43,680 nt of DNA, taken from positions 1 to 43,680 of the forward strand of contig JAZRNP010000059.1 of assembly GCA_045648225.1 (NCBI GenBank). Reading direction: 5' to 3'. The position numbers were made by a program, and so were the translations under genes. The notes under the pieces are model-generated. The model searched no databases. It was not told the origin of the DNA and saw nothing but the letters and a program-made list of their open reading frames with translations. Positions 8,832-15,807 of the stretch are shown one piece after another. Position 1 is the stretch's first letter; every line of letters starts with the position of its first letter. The DNA comes from Victivallaceae bacterium. Its GTDB lineage: Bacteria; Verrucomicrobiota; Lentisphaeria; Victivallales; Victivallaceae.

Positions 8832-8865
8832 CTGTTTTTCCCTTTCTTTAGGATTGTTTGGGTGA

Positions 8866-9324
8866 TTAGATATTCTCCGCGGAGACGGAGTTGAGAGAAT
8901 TTACAATGCGTCCGATCCGGTCACATCCGGAGATGTTTCCGGCATGATTGTGCGGAATTGCTTCCGGGATCGGGTGGTTCGGGCCCGGCGTGATGCGGGC
9001 ATGGAAGCATCCGGGGGATCTGGCGGCGATTTCGTCGGCAAAAAGTTTTACTGCATCGCTGTCTTCGAGATCGATGTTGTGCTTTCTGGCGAGGAAATCG
9101 AAGTATTCCGGATCGGTACAGCCGGTTTCGGCGGCGATTTTTTCGATCCGGCAGCTGCGCCGGAGTTCCTGATGGCGTTCCTGAAGCTCAGCGTATTCAT
9201 TTTGAAGTCTGGCCAGCTCTTCTCCGGCAGAAAAGTCCGGATCAAAATTTTCCAGAGTGCACTGTTCTTCAGGAGAAAGTTCTTCTCCGGCGAGAGTCCG
9301 TTTGATAAGTTCTTTGATATTCAT
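8866..9324 (-). CDS. Phage scaffolding protein
   Basis: 152-aa acidic coiled-coil protein (EELARLQNEYAELQERHQELRR) between the portal and MCP genes. It has an ATGA overlap with the portal stop. Confidence 0.55.
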   Translation of the reverse strand: MNIKELIKRTLAGEELSPEEQCTLENFDPDFSAGEELARLQNEYAELQERHQELRRSCRIEKIAAETGCTDPEYFDFLARKHNIDLEDSDAVKLFADEIAARSPGCFHARITPGPNHPIPEAIPHNHAGNISGCDRIGRIVNSLNSVSAENI

Positions 9325-10703
9325 GCTTGTTCTTTCCGGTTGATTTCGTCAAAGATTTCCTGTTTGCATTTGATGTTGAGCGGTTCGACGGCGTTGAGCA
9401 ATTCGGTGGCGGTGTATCCCACGGCCCGGCGGAACGCATCGCCCATATCCAGCGAGGCCAGCTGGAGAAGTCCCGCAATGGCTGAATTGAGATCACGCAC
9501 TGCAAATTTGCGGTTGTAGATCACCTCCGGCACCGGAATATCCAAATCGTAAAGGTGCATTATTTTCCAGGCTTCCAGTTCGGATTGTTCCAGGAGATCG
9601 GCCCGGGCGGCGAGGAACTGGCTGACATTCTGGAAATCCCATGCCTTGGATTCTGCACTCTGATTGTTTCTGGAATTATTGTGCAGAGCCAGACCGACGA
9701 TCTCATACAGTTCCCGTTTGAGGTGCTCGTTTTCACTGCGGATGGTGGCCGTTTCCACTCCGGACGGGCTGATGTAGCGGCTGATACCTTTTTCGTCAAT
9801 TGATTCGATGATGGCTGCACTGCGGGCGACAGTTGCGGAAAAGTTTTCCGATTTATTTCCGGAAGAGTTCAGTTTTTGTGCGCCCCGGGCGAAACTTTCC
9901 GATACCACCAGCATCCCGAACATCTGTTTGACCGTATTCATCTGGGCCTCGGATTCATTGTTGAGGATCGCTTCACTGATATGCACCACATCTTCAAACC
10001 AGTGGCCGCAGTCGATACCGAAACCATCCGGCTCGGTGACTCCGATCAGCGGCACAACTCCGGTGAGGTTGATGCCGGAATCGATCTCTCTGATCCCATT
10101 CGGAGTCTGTTCGTATAAGTGCCAGGTCTCCCGGGTGAAGAGCCGCCGCCGCCGCAGTTTGACCGGAGGAGAAAACGGATCGCAATTGAGCAGCTCCTCT
10201 TCGGCACAGATCGCCCAGAGCAGACGGCCGTCGGGAGCGTATGCCCAGTCGGTAACCTGCAGCGGAGAAAGAGTCCGGACGCAGGGACGCAATCTTTCTT
10301 TACGAGCCCGTTCTACTGACGGTTTTCCTTCGAAATTCGGCATATCGACCGCTAGCCATGCCCTGCCGTAGACATTGAGCAGTGTCGAAAGTTGTCTCAT
10401 AACCTCATTGCAGCGCAGTCCGGAACGTCCCCAGTCTTCAACAAATCTGCAGTCGGCATTGCGTCGAACCGGGTCGATAGAAAGGACATACTGGGTGATT
10501 TTCTGAGCAATAGCCCGTGGATAGTTGAAGTAATATGCCCGCCGACGCCGTTCGGCAAATTCGATATCGATCTCCGAAACGTGCCGGATCAGAGCCTGAT
10601 CGATATAATTTTTGCCTCCGCAGTAGGCTGCACGGGAATTTTTCCAGCGGTTTTCATTGGCGGCGTATTCCGGATGCCGTCGGTAAAAGATGTAATTATT
10701 CAA
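9321..10703 (-). CDS. Phage portal protein (DUF4055-like)
   Basis: 460 aa with a TTG start 6 nt after a strong SD (GAGGAGA). The N-terminus 'YRRHPEYAANENRWKNSRAAYCGG...RRRAYYFNYPRAIAQKITQYV' resembles podovirus-type portal proteins. Its position before the scaffold and MCP genes agrees. Confidence 0.7.
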   Translation of the reverse strand: MNNYIFYRRHPEYAANENRWKNSRAAYCGGKNYIDQALIRHVSEIDIEFAERRRRAYYFNYPRAIAQKITQYVLSIDPVRRNADCRFVEDWGRSGLRCNEVMRQLSTLLNVYGRAWLAVDMPNFEGKPSVERARKERLRPCVRTLSPLQVTDWAYAPDGRLLWAICAEEELLNCDPFSPPVKLRRRRLFTRETWHLYEQTPNGIREIDSGINLTGVVPLIGVTEPDGFGIDCGHWFEDVVHISEAILNNESEAQMNTVKQMFGMLVVSESFARGAQKLNSSGNKSENFSATVARSAAIIESIDEKGISRYISPSGVETATIRSENEHLKRELYEIVGLALHNNSRNNQSAESKAWDFQNVSQFLAARADLLEQSELEAWKIMHLYDLDIPVPEVIYNRKFAVRDLNSAIAGLLQLASLDMGDAFRRAVGYTATELLNAVEPLNIKCKQEIFDEINRKEQA

Positions 10704-10730
10704 TTTGTTTCTCCTCGTGATATGGTTCGG

Positions 10731-11117
10731 TCAGAGTCCGGCTTCGACCGGAGTGAGCTGTACGGTCACATTTTTCCCGGATGATTTCTTCTTGCTTCCG
10801 GAATGTTTCCACCGTTTGGGGCGGCGATTTTGCAGCCAGAACAAAGCGGCGCGAACATCCGGAGCGATCTCTTTGCCATTGCTGTCTTCATATCCGGTGG
10901 CCCGTTTGAGCAGAGCTGCTTCGACCATATCATCGCACAGGGCGTTGCGGCGGCGGAACAGCTCATCCAGTTCCGGATATTGTTTGCGGTAACGGCGCAA
11001 GGTCGAAATTGATACTCCGAGGAATCCGGCAGCATCGGCGGTGCTTTTTCCTGAATTCAGCAATCTGGCAAGTTCCGGAAGTTTATTCCGGACGATCTCC
11101 TGATATTTTGTGTTCAT
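10731..11117 (-). CDS. Phage terminase small subunit (XtmA/P27-like HTH type)
   Basis: ATG 11117 is preceded by AGGAGA. HTH 'STADAAGFLGVSISTLRRYRK'. The C-terminal 'AALFWLQNRRPKRWKH' is typical of small terminases. The ORF-track start at 11177 lacks an SD. Confidence 0.7.
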   Translation of the reverse strand: MNTKYQEIVRNKLPELARLLNSGKSTADAAGFLGVSISTLRRYRKQYPELDELFRRRNALCDDMVEAALLKRATGYEDSNGKEIAPDVRAALFWLQNRRPKRWKHSGSKKKSSGKNVTVQLTPVEAGL

Positions 11118-11289
11118 TTTCTGGATATTCTCCTGCGGTTTTGGGAACTTTACACTCAAGCGCAGGATCGTCAACACATTTTCGGTTGTTTTCTTTGAGA
11201 ACTGCCATCAGACGGCCAAGACCGGCCAGTGAATAGATGTTGCCGGATGCTGAAAACAGGATTTTTTCTGCAGGATGTCGGTTTTTCAT
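11083..11289 (-). CDS. Small hypothetical protein at the 'Cro' position of the switch
   Basis: 68 codons, with the ATG 9 nt after GGAGA. It is the first ORF downstream of the leftward promoter and is divergent from the repressor. No recognisable domain. It overlaps the TerS start by 35 nt in another frame. Confidence 0.35.
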   Translation of the reverse strand: MKNRHPAEKILFSASGNIYSLAGLGRLMAVLKENNRKCVDDPALECKVPKTAGEYPENEHKISGDRPE

Positions 11290-11318
11290 GATGTTCTTTC
11301 TCCGGGATGAAATGTTTT

Positions 11319-11332
11319 TTGCGTTTGTGCAA
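11319..11332. promoter_or_regulatory. Operator-like site O1 (TTGC-N6-GCAA)
   Basis: TTGCGTTTGTGCAA lies in the 5' leader of the leftward transcript. It shares its outer half-sites with O2 and O3. Confidence 0.3.
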
Positions 11333-11382
11333 TAAAAAAATATTTATCGTCCTTTTTTTAATTAAGAGATGTCTAAAAAATC

Positions 11383-11410
11383 AATCTAATTGCATGGATG
11401 CAATTTTCAA
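11383..11410 (-). promoter_or_regulatory. Leftward (late/packaging operon) promoter with palindromic operator O2 filling its spacer
   Basis: The minus strand reads TTGAAA-N16-TAGATT. The spacer is AATTGCAT-CC-ATGCAATT (plus-strand 11388-11405), a palindrome with perfect 8-bp arms. Confidence 0.5.
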
Positions 11411-11453
11411 GGGGGTAAAAATGGTTTTTTTTAAAAAAAATTATGTGCTTTTC

Positions 11454-11482
11454 TTGCATGAACGCAATAGTCTGATTATATT
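11454..11482 (+). promoter_or_regulatory. Repressor-gene promoter overlapped by operator-like site O3
   Basis: TTGCAT(11454)-N17-TATATT(11477). O3 = TTGCATGAACGCAA (11454-11467) matches the O2 core TTGCATGGATGCAA at 12/14 positions. A perfect T8A8 palindrome (11425-11440) lies between O2 and O3. Confidence 0.5.
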
Positions 11483-11541
11483 TGAAGTGCCGGAAATCTG
11501 CCGGCATATAACAGTTGCAGTATGTCCAAAGGAGGAAAAGA

Positions 11542-12417
11542 TTGAAAATAGATGATGCACTCCGGGCCAAATTGGTCGAAGCTGTGGAAAAATCCGGAGG
11601 TGCAAAGGCATTCTCTTTGCGTTGCGGCATCAATCCTGCCAATATTTCCCGTTACCAGCGTGGTCTTGTTCACAGTATCAATGATGACAATTGGGAGAAA
11701 TTGGCACCTTTTCTGGGCATTAATCCCGGAGAGGGCGGCTTTGTTACCGACAATGAAAATGATGTTATCACGACCTCTCCGGAACTTACCGCCTTTATTG
11801 CCGACAGAATGAGATCACTCCGTATCCGCAATGTTGAGAAGTTGCGCAAAAAAATAAATTTCAGCAGCTACGAAATCCTCCGGCGTCAACTTTCCGGAAA
11901 GCTGAACTGGTTCGCCGATACCCTGTCCCGGGTTATGGAAGTTCTCAAAGTTGACGCTTCTGAACTGCCTTTAAGTGAAGCTGAACGCCGTCTGCTCGAT
12001 CATGCCGCACTGAAACGTCAGGGCAGTTTGACGATGAAAGTCCTGCCGGTACTCGGAGGCATCGAAAACGGGAAACTTTTTATCGACGGCAAGGTGCCGG
12101 TACCGTTGGATGATGACCGGGATCTCCGGGCCTTCCGTATTGCCGGCAGTGCGATGCAGCCGGTGCTGATGCCGGGAGATGTGGTCATTGCAGAAACGGT
12201 TGCATCATCCTATGCGCTTCCGGAAAATTCCCTGGTGGTGATCCGCTTCACCGATCAGGCGACCGGAGAGGAACGCTGGGCCTGCCGCCGCTGCCGTCAT
12301 TTGATCGGCTGCCCGTTGATTTTGAGCGGTGATGATTCTTCCGGAGAATTGATTCCGGTTTTTCCTGGGGATGTGATCTGGTGCGGTGTCATCCGCCGGA
12401 GGATCAGCGATTTCTGA
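11542..12417 (+). CDS. CI/LexA-like repressor: two XRE-type HTH segments plus a C-terminal S24-peptidase-like domain
   Basis: TTG 11542 lies 6 nt after GGAGG (the ORF-track start 11515 is also TTG but has no SD). HTH segments 'AFSLRCGINPANISRYQRG' and 'INFSSYEILRRQLSGK'. S24-like 'LRAFRIAGSAMQPVLMPGDVVIAE'. Confidence 0.75.
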   Translation: MKIDDALRAKLVEAVEKSGGAKAFSLRCGINPANISRYQRGLVHSINDDNWEKLAPFLGINPGEGGFVTDNENDVITTSPELTAFIADRMRSLRIRNVEKLRKKINFSSYEILRRQLSGKLNWFADTLSRVMEVLKVDASELPLSEAERRLLDHAALKRQGSLTMKVLPVLGGIENGKLFIDGKVPVPLDDDRDLRAFRIAGSAMQPVLMPGDVVIAETVASSYALPENSLVVIRFTDQATGEERWACRRCRHLIGCPLILSGDDSSGELIPVFPGDVIWCGVIRRRISDF

Positions 12418-12465
12418 TAAATTACGGAAGAATTTCCCTGACGACCGGCGGTTGCGGTAGTGATT

Positions 12466-12506
12466 TGCGGATATCGCTTTGAAAATATCCGCAACGATGC
12501 TATATT
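12466..12506 (+). promoter_or_regulatory. Promoter for the membrane-protein gene, overlapped by a perfect 10-bp inverted repeat
   Basis: TTGCGGATAT-N10-ATATCCGCAA (12466-12495) overlaps TTGAAA(12479)-N16-TATATT(12501). It lies 49 nt after the repressor stop. Confidence 0.45.
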
Positions 12507-12544
12507 AAACCGGAATTTGCAATCACCCCGGGGAAAGTCCGAAA

Positions 12545-13783
12545 ATGAATACATTGGGCAGAATATTGAGTAAGGCGTTGATGATGGTCGCTGTTTCAGC
12601 GGCGGCATCAGCTCTGATTTGTTTTGTCAATGCTTTTTTCATCCGTCCGGACAGTGAAAAAGAGGCCATTATTCAGCAGGAATTGGCAAGTAATTGTTAC
12701 CAGATCGAATCTATTTGCGAACGGATCGGATTGTGGGAAAAACGCATCGTTTCGATCCGGAACAGTCCGGCGTTGAATCAATTGCGTTACTCGCTTGCGG
12801 TCCCGGCATGGCAGGCCAAAATTACCGAATACCGGACGGTGACGCTTCCGGCGTTGGAGCTGAAAAAATTGCAGCTTCAAGCTGAATTGAGCGGATTTGA
12901 CCGGAATCTGACGGAGCGTTTTATCATAGTGTGCCGGGAAAAATTTTTATTACGGATGAGCGCGATTTTGATTTTTCTGCTGGCAATGCCGCTGGTGATT
13001 TCGCTTGTTGTCTACTTTGTAATTGCCCGTTTCGCAGAAAGAGTGTGTCCGTTTTACCTGCCAGATACGCCACAGACACCTTCCGGTGTGACCATTTCTC
13101 CTGCAACACCCTCTCTGACCGTCAAAATTTCCGGCAGAGAACACTTTTATTTGCGCCCGAATTGGTGCCGGGCCAAAAGCTCCATCACTGCAGCCACCCG
13201 TTTCATATGGAAAAAAAGTGCTCCGCTGGTGAGTTTTGCAGCTGATTTGTTTGAATTGATTGATTTTTCTGCTGACGGCGGAAGTTGCGGCGAATTCACC
13301 GTTACGCCGCCGGTGGAAAATCTGATGATCTCGGAAATATCCCTTGAAGAAAATTCTTCCATCATCCTCCGTCCCCGGCATCTGATCGGAGTCAGTGATG
13401 GGATCCGAATCAGAACCATCTGGGATTTTTCTCCGGTAAATATTATCTGCGGCCGGATCCGGCAGATCCAATTCTGCGGTAAAGGCAGAATTTTGATCGC
13501 CGGGGCGTGGGGGATTGAAGCCGGTGTGGTTTCCGGACACCCTCATGTTATCGAAGAGGAAATGATCGTTGCAGTTTCCGGAGATTCCGGTTACGCTCCA
13601 TTTCGCAGTGCCACCTGGTGGCACTATTTCCGGAAAAAATCTCCACTGTTCAATATCAGAATTCTCTCCGGCACCGTGATTTGTCAGAATCACCCCTGGG
13701 AATACCGCAAACCCAATGCGTCACTGCTGGAAAGATGCGTGAATTTTTTTCTGAATGCAGTGGGAAGTTTTCTCGGATTCTGA
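12545..13783 (+). CDS. Two-TM membrane protein with a coiled coil and a C-terminal beta-rich domain (AIM24/DUF124-like by eye; weak)
   Basis: 412 aa. Predicted TM helices at about aa 10-33 and 135-162 flank a coiled coil. The C-terminal ~230 aa ('GKGRILIAGAWGIEAGVV', 'IVAVSGDSGYAPF', 'FNIRILSGTVICQ') has the alternating beta pattern I associate with AIM24-family proteins. Confidence 0.55.
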   Translation: MNTLGRILSKALMMVAVSAAASALICFVNAFFIRPDSEKEAIIQQELASNCYQIESICERIGLWEKRIVSIRNSPALNQLRYSLAVPAWQAKITEYRTVTLPALELKKLQLQAELSGFDRNLTERFIIVCREKFLLRMSAILIFLLAMPLVISLVVYFVIARFAERVCPFYLPDTPQTPSGVTISPATPSLTVKISGREHFYLRPNWCRAKSSITAATRFIWKKSAPLVSFAADLFELIDFSADGGSCGEFTVTPPVENLMISEISLEENSSIILRPRHLIGVSDGIRIRTIWDFSPVNIICGRIRQIQFCGKGRILIAGAWGIEAGVVSGHPHVIEEEMIVAVSGDSGYAPFRSATWWHYFRKKSPLFNIRILSGTVICQNHPWEYRKPNASLLERCVNFFLNAVGSFLGF

Positions 13784-13824
13784 CAAAAAAGATGGCTGCT
13801 GCCGAAGTTGCGGATGATTGCCTC

Positions 13825-13852
13825 TTGATTTTGCACAGATTTCAATTATATT
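13825..13852 (+). promoter_or_regulatory. Candidate sigma70-type promoter for the thioredoxin gene
   Basis: TTGATT(13825)-N16-TATATT(13847), about 35 nt upstream of the ATG. Confidence 0.45.
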
Positions 13853-13886
13853 AATCTGCAGATCGTTTGTGTGAATGGAGGATATC

Positions 13887-14192
13887 ATGGCGAAAATAAT
13901 CAATATCAATCAAAGCGAATTTGCTGAAATCACCGCTTCCGGAACCGTGATGATCGACTTCTGGGCTCCCTGGTGCAGTTACTGCAATGTTCTGGGAACT
14001 GTCCTTGAACAGACGGCTCCGGTTCTCCCGGAAAATGTTGTCATTGCCAAGATAAATGTTGATGACAACCCTGAACTATCTGCCAAATACAATATAACTA
14101 CTCTGCCGACACTGATCCTTTTTAAAGAGGGCAAAGAGTGTTCCCGGCACGGGATGCTTTCCAAAGCAGCGATTTTGAAAATGTTTGCTTAA
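13887..14192 (+). CDS. Thioredoxin (atypical CSYC active site)
   Basis: ATG 13887 lies 5 nt after GGAGG. 'IDFWAPWCSYCNVL' carries the WCxxC motif. 'TLPTLILFKEGK' is the cis-Pro loop. About 101 aa. Confidence 0.85.
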   Translation: MAKIININQSEFAEITASGTVMIDFWAPWCSYCNVLGTVLEQTAPVLPENVVIAKINVDDNPELSAKYNITTLPTLILFKEGKECSRHGMLSKAAILKMFA

Positions 14193-14250
14193 CGCCCTGA
14201 TCTCAAATCGGGACATATCTCAAATTACGGCGTATTCACCTGTCTGCATC

Positions 14251-14279
14251 TTGAATTGAGGCAGATTGTGGTGTATATT
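14251..14279 (+). promoter_or_regulatory. Candidate promoter of the pseudopilin operon
   Basis: TTGAAT(14251)-N17-TATATT(14274). It would give a ~160-nt leader containing the hairpins TCAGG-N7-CCTGA and GGTCAAA-tcag-TTTGACC. Confidence 0.4.
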
Positions 14280-14334
14280 ATACGAAATTTCCGGTCGTGG
14301 AATCAACGGATGAATCAGGTTTGAATCCTGAACT

Positions 14335-14344
14335 GTTGCGCAAC
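14335..14344. promoter_or_regulatory. LacI-type operator candidate (perfect 10-bp palindrome with a CG centre)
   Basis: GTTGCGCAAC, or 12/14 as CTGTTGCGCAACTG, lies between the candidate promoter and the pseudopilin start. Its half-sites GTTGC/GCAAC recur at 19817-19830. Confidence 0.3.
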
Positions 14345-14440
14345 TGTGTGGTCAAATCAGTTTGACCGAGTCAGATCTCCGCCGCGGCCTGCATCGGCAA
14401 AAGCCGGTGCTGTAAATGCGCATAACATGAAAGGAATCGT

Positions 14441-15556
14441 ATGAAAACGCATTTTGTCAGATTGCGGCATTGGTTGCCGTGTGCCGCCACGGTGGAATCC
14501 GCATCCATCGAACCCCTTAAAAACACCCCGCTTTTTTTGAGCGGCAACCGTGCCGCCTCGGGGGTGTCGCGCCCATCCCGTTGGTCGGGCTTGATCGAAC
14601 CCCTTAAAAACACCCCGCTTTTTTTGAGCGGCAAACGTGCCGCCTCGAGGGTGTCGCGCCCATCCCGTTGGTCGGGCTTGATCGAACCCCTTAAAAATGC
14701 CCCGCTTTTTTTGAAAAGGGGAGAGGGTTTGGGAGAGGAGAAAAACCTCTTTCCCCGTGAAAAAAAGTTGTCTTGTTCCCTCGCATACACATTTACTCTC
14801 ATAGAACTGCTGGTTGTAATTGCTATAATTGCGATTTTGGCGGCACTTTTGCTTCCGACTTTGCAGTCGGCCCGGGATCGGGGGCGGAGTACTAATTGCA
14901 TAAACAATATCCGTCAGATAACGACTGCAAATTTACTGTATTCGGAAGCTCAGAATGGTTTTCTGGTTCCGTATGCGACCGACATGATGGGGGCGAACCG
15001 TCACCGGTGGTGCGGCACGACATCGACATCCAGCAATTCCGGGAATGCCGAATACGATCCGACGGAATCTCCTCTGGCAAGTTACATTGGCGGAAGCGGC
15101 AAAATTTCCCAGTGCAATACTTTAAAAGATCCGCCGTTGAGTTTTGAAAAAAACTGCGGCGGATACGGATATAATGTGTTGGTGGGGACTCTGCTTCCGG
15201 GGGAATATTCCAACGAAGCCTATTCGGCAGGATTTATGCTCAAGCGGATAAAACGGACTTCTCAAAAGATCATGTTTGCGGATTCGGCGATTATGGTTGA
15301 TGCCAACGGCAACTGGAGTTCTTCGCCGAGTCACCATGGGTACAGTTCGGCACTCGAAGCCCCCGGGGGGAGCTGGCAGATGAATCCGACCATGCATTTC
15401 CGTCACAACCGCCATTCAGCGACGAGCTTTTGCGATGGTCACGCTGAATTGCTGCCGATGCTTTCGTCGGCTTACGGAGATGAACAGTATCTGCTGGGAT
15501 TTCCCTGCGAAAACGATGATGAAAACCGTGAAAAATATTTTGATCCCCGTTATTGA
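14441..15556 (+). CDS. Prepilin-type N-terminal cleavage/methylation protein with a C-terminal H-X9-DG motif (pseudopilin-like), with an extraordinarily long repeat-containing leader
   Basis: '[22 protein letters not shown]' and '[13 protein letters not shown]' (H-X9-DG, TIGR04294-type). The only in-frame ATG is 14441, giving a 117-aa leader that contains the 87-bp repeats. In-frame TTG alternatives exist at 14729 (5 nt after GGAG) and 14768. Confidence 0.8.
   Translation: MKTHFVRLRHWLPCAATVESASIEPLKNTPLFLSGNRAASGVSRPSRWSGLIEPLKNTPLFLSGKRAASRVSRPSRWSGLIEPLKNAPLFLKRGEGLGEEKNLFPREKKLSCSLAYTFTLIELLVVIAIIAILAALLLPTLQSARDRGRSTNCINNIRQITTANLLYSEAQNGFLVPYATDMMGANRHRWCGTTSTSSNSGNAEYDPTESPLASYIGGSGKISQCNTLKDPPLSFEKNCGGYGYNVLVGTLLPGEYSNEAYSAGFMLKRIKRTSQKIMFADSAIMVDANGNWSSSPSHHGYSSALEAPGGSWQMNPTMHFRHNRHSATSFCDGHAELLPMLSSAYGDEQYLLGFPCENDDENREKYFDPRY
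14507..14713 (+). repeat. 87-bp (29-codon) tandem repeat, 2 full units plus a partial third, inside the pseudopilin 5' region
   Basis: Units start at 14507, 14594 and 14681 (ATCGAACCCCTTAAAAACACCCCGCTTTTTTTGAGCGGCAA(A/C)CGTGCCGCCTCG(A/G)GGGTGTCGCGCCCATCCCGTTGGTCGGGCTTG). Each unit holds nested inverted repeats CACCCC...GGGGTG and GCGGCA-N4-TGCCGC. Both strands are open across it. Confidence 0.9.
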
Positions 15557-15558
15557 AA

Positions 15559-15807
15559 ATGAAAAATTTACTGATATATTTTTTTATTGCGGCAACTCTG
15601 GCTGCCGGGAGCGGATGCAAGGAAAATCTGCCTCCGGCATCGCCGGAAAAAACAGAAATACTTGAAACATTATTGCAATGCCGGAAGTGCCGGAAAACTT
15701 CCCGGATCAAGGAGTGCAAAAGAATAAATCAGGTTTTATTCAACTGTCCTCATTGCAATCAGGTAATAAATGCCGCAAAATCAAAAGTAAGCTCAAAAAA
15801 ACGATGA
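15559..15807 (+). CDS. Small lipoprotein-like zinc-ribbon protein
   Basis: ATG 15559 starts 3 nt after the pseudopilin stop. Signal peptide with 'LAAGSGC'. 'CRKC...(21 aa)...CPHC' zinc-ribbon pattern. Its stop overlaps the next ATG (ATGA). Confidence 0.6.
   Translation: MKNLLIYFFIAATLAAGSGCKENLPPASPEKTEILETLLQCRKCRKTSRIKECKRINQVLFNCPHCNQVINAAKSKVSSKKR

Larger units (their letters stand above)
5338..12417. mobile_element. Phage-derived head-morphogenesis and DNA-packaging island with a CI/Cro-type switch (tail-less, integrase-less; satellite-, GTA- or domesticated-prophage-like)
   Basis: Seven co-directional, tightly packed intact genes (TerS, portal, scaffold, MCP, adaptor, Cys-rich HTH, TerL). 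They are bounded by a terminator on the left and a divergent repressor on the right. No tail, lysis, replication or integrase ORF is present in the window. Confidence 0.6.

Noticed and set aside
11552-11812. 86-aa ATG-initiated ORF overlapping the start of the repressor gene in another frame.
   Set aside because: The HTH and S24 motifs are in the 11542 (TTG) frame, which also has the GGAGG SD. The overlapping frame has no motif.
12530-12541. GGGGAAAGTCCG resembles the RNase P RNA CR-I box (GAGGAAAGUCCGGGC).
   Set aside because: It is an isolated 12-mer sitting at the SD position of the 412-aa gene. None of the other conserved RNase P regions or a ~350-nt non-coding span is present.
14280-14440. 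Looked for a cobalamin riboswitch (B12 box) or other known riboswitch upstream of the operon containing the BtuF-like binding protein, and for a T-box upstream of trpS (32622-32782).
   Set aside because: No B12-box-like string was seen in the ~160-nt leader. The trpS leader is too short and lacks a T-box motif. An Infernal scan would be needed for certainty.
14583-14604. The reverse complement of each 87-bp unit contains GGGGTTCGATCAAGCCC, which looks like a tRNA T-arm; considered as a tRNA-derived (SINE-like) element or pseudo-tRNA.
   Set aside because: The stem has a mismatch, the loop is non-canonical, and there is no acceptor/CCA, D-arm or anticodon arm in register. The shared GGTTCGATC string is too short to argue for tRNA ancestry.
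14507-14713. Tandem and direct repeats at 14507-14713, 19483-19736 and 24256-24490 considered as possible CRISPR arrays.
   Set aside because: There are only 2-3 copies, with periods of 87, 137 and 156 bp. The units are contiguous or long, not 25-40-bp repeats separated by unique spacers. No cas genes occur in the window.
15678-15803. ORF-track N-terminal extensions: 15678 for pseudopilin 2, 20935 for pseudopilin 3, 19776 for LacI, 36888 for the lipoprotein, 40553 for the activase, 13875 for thioredoxin, 5100 for the secreted protein.
   Set aside because: Internal ATGs have good SDs and/or ATGA coupling to the preceding stop. They start right at the expected domain or signal peptide, whereas the extensions overlap upstream genes or lack SDs.
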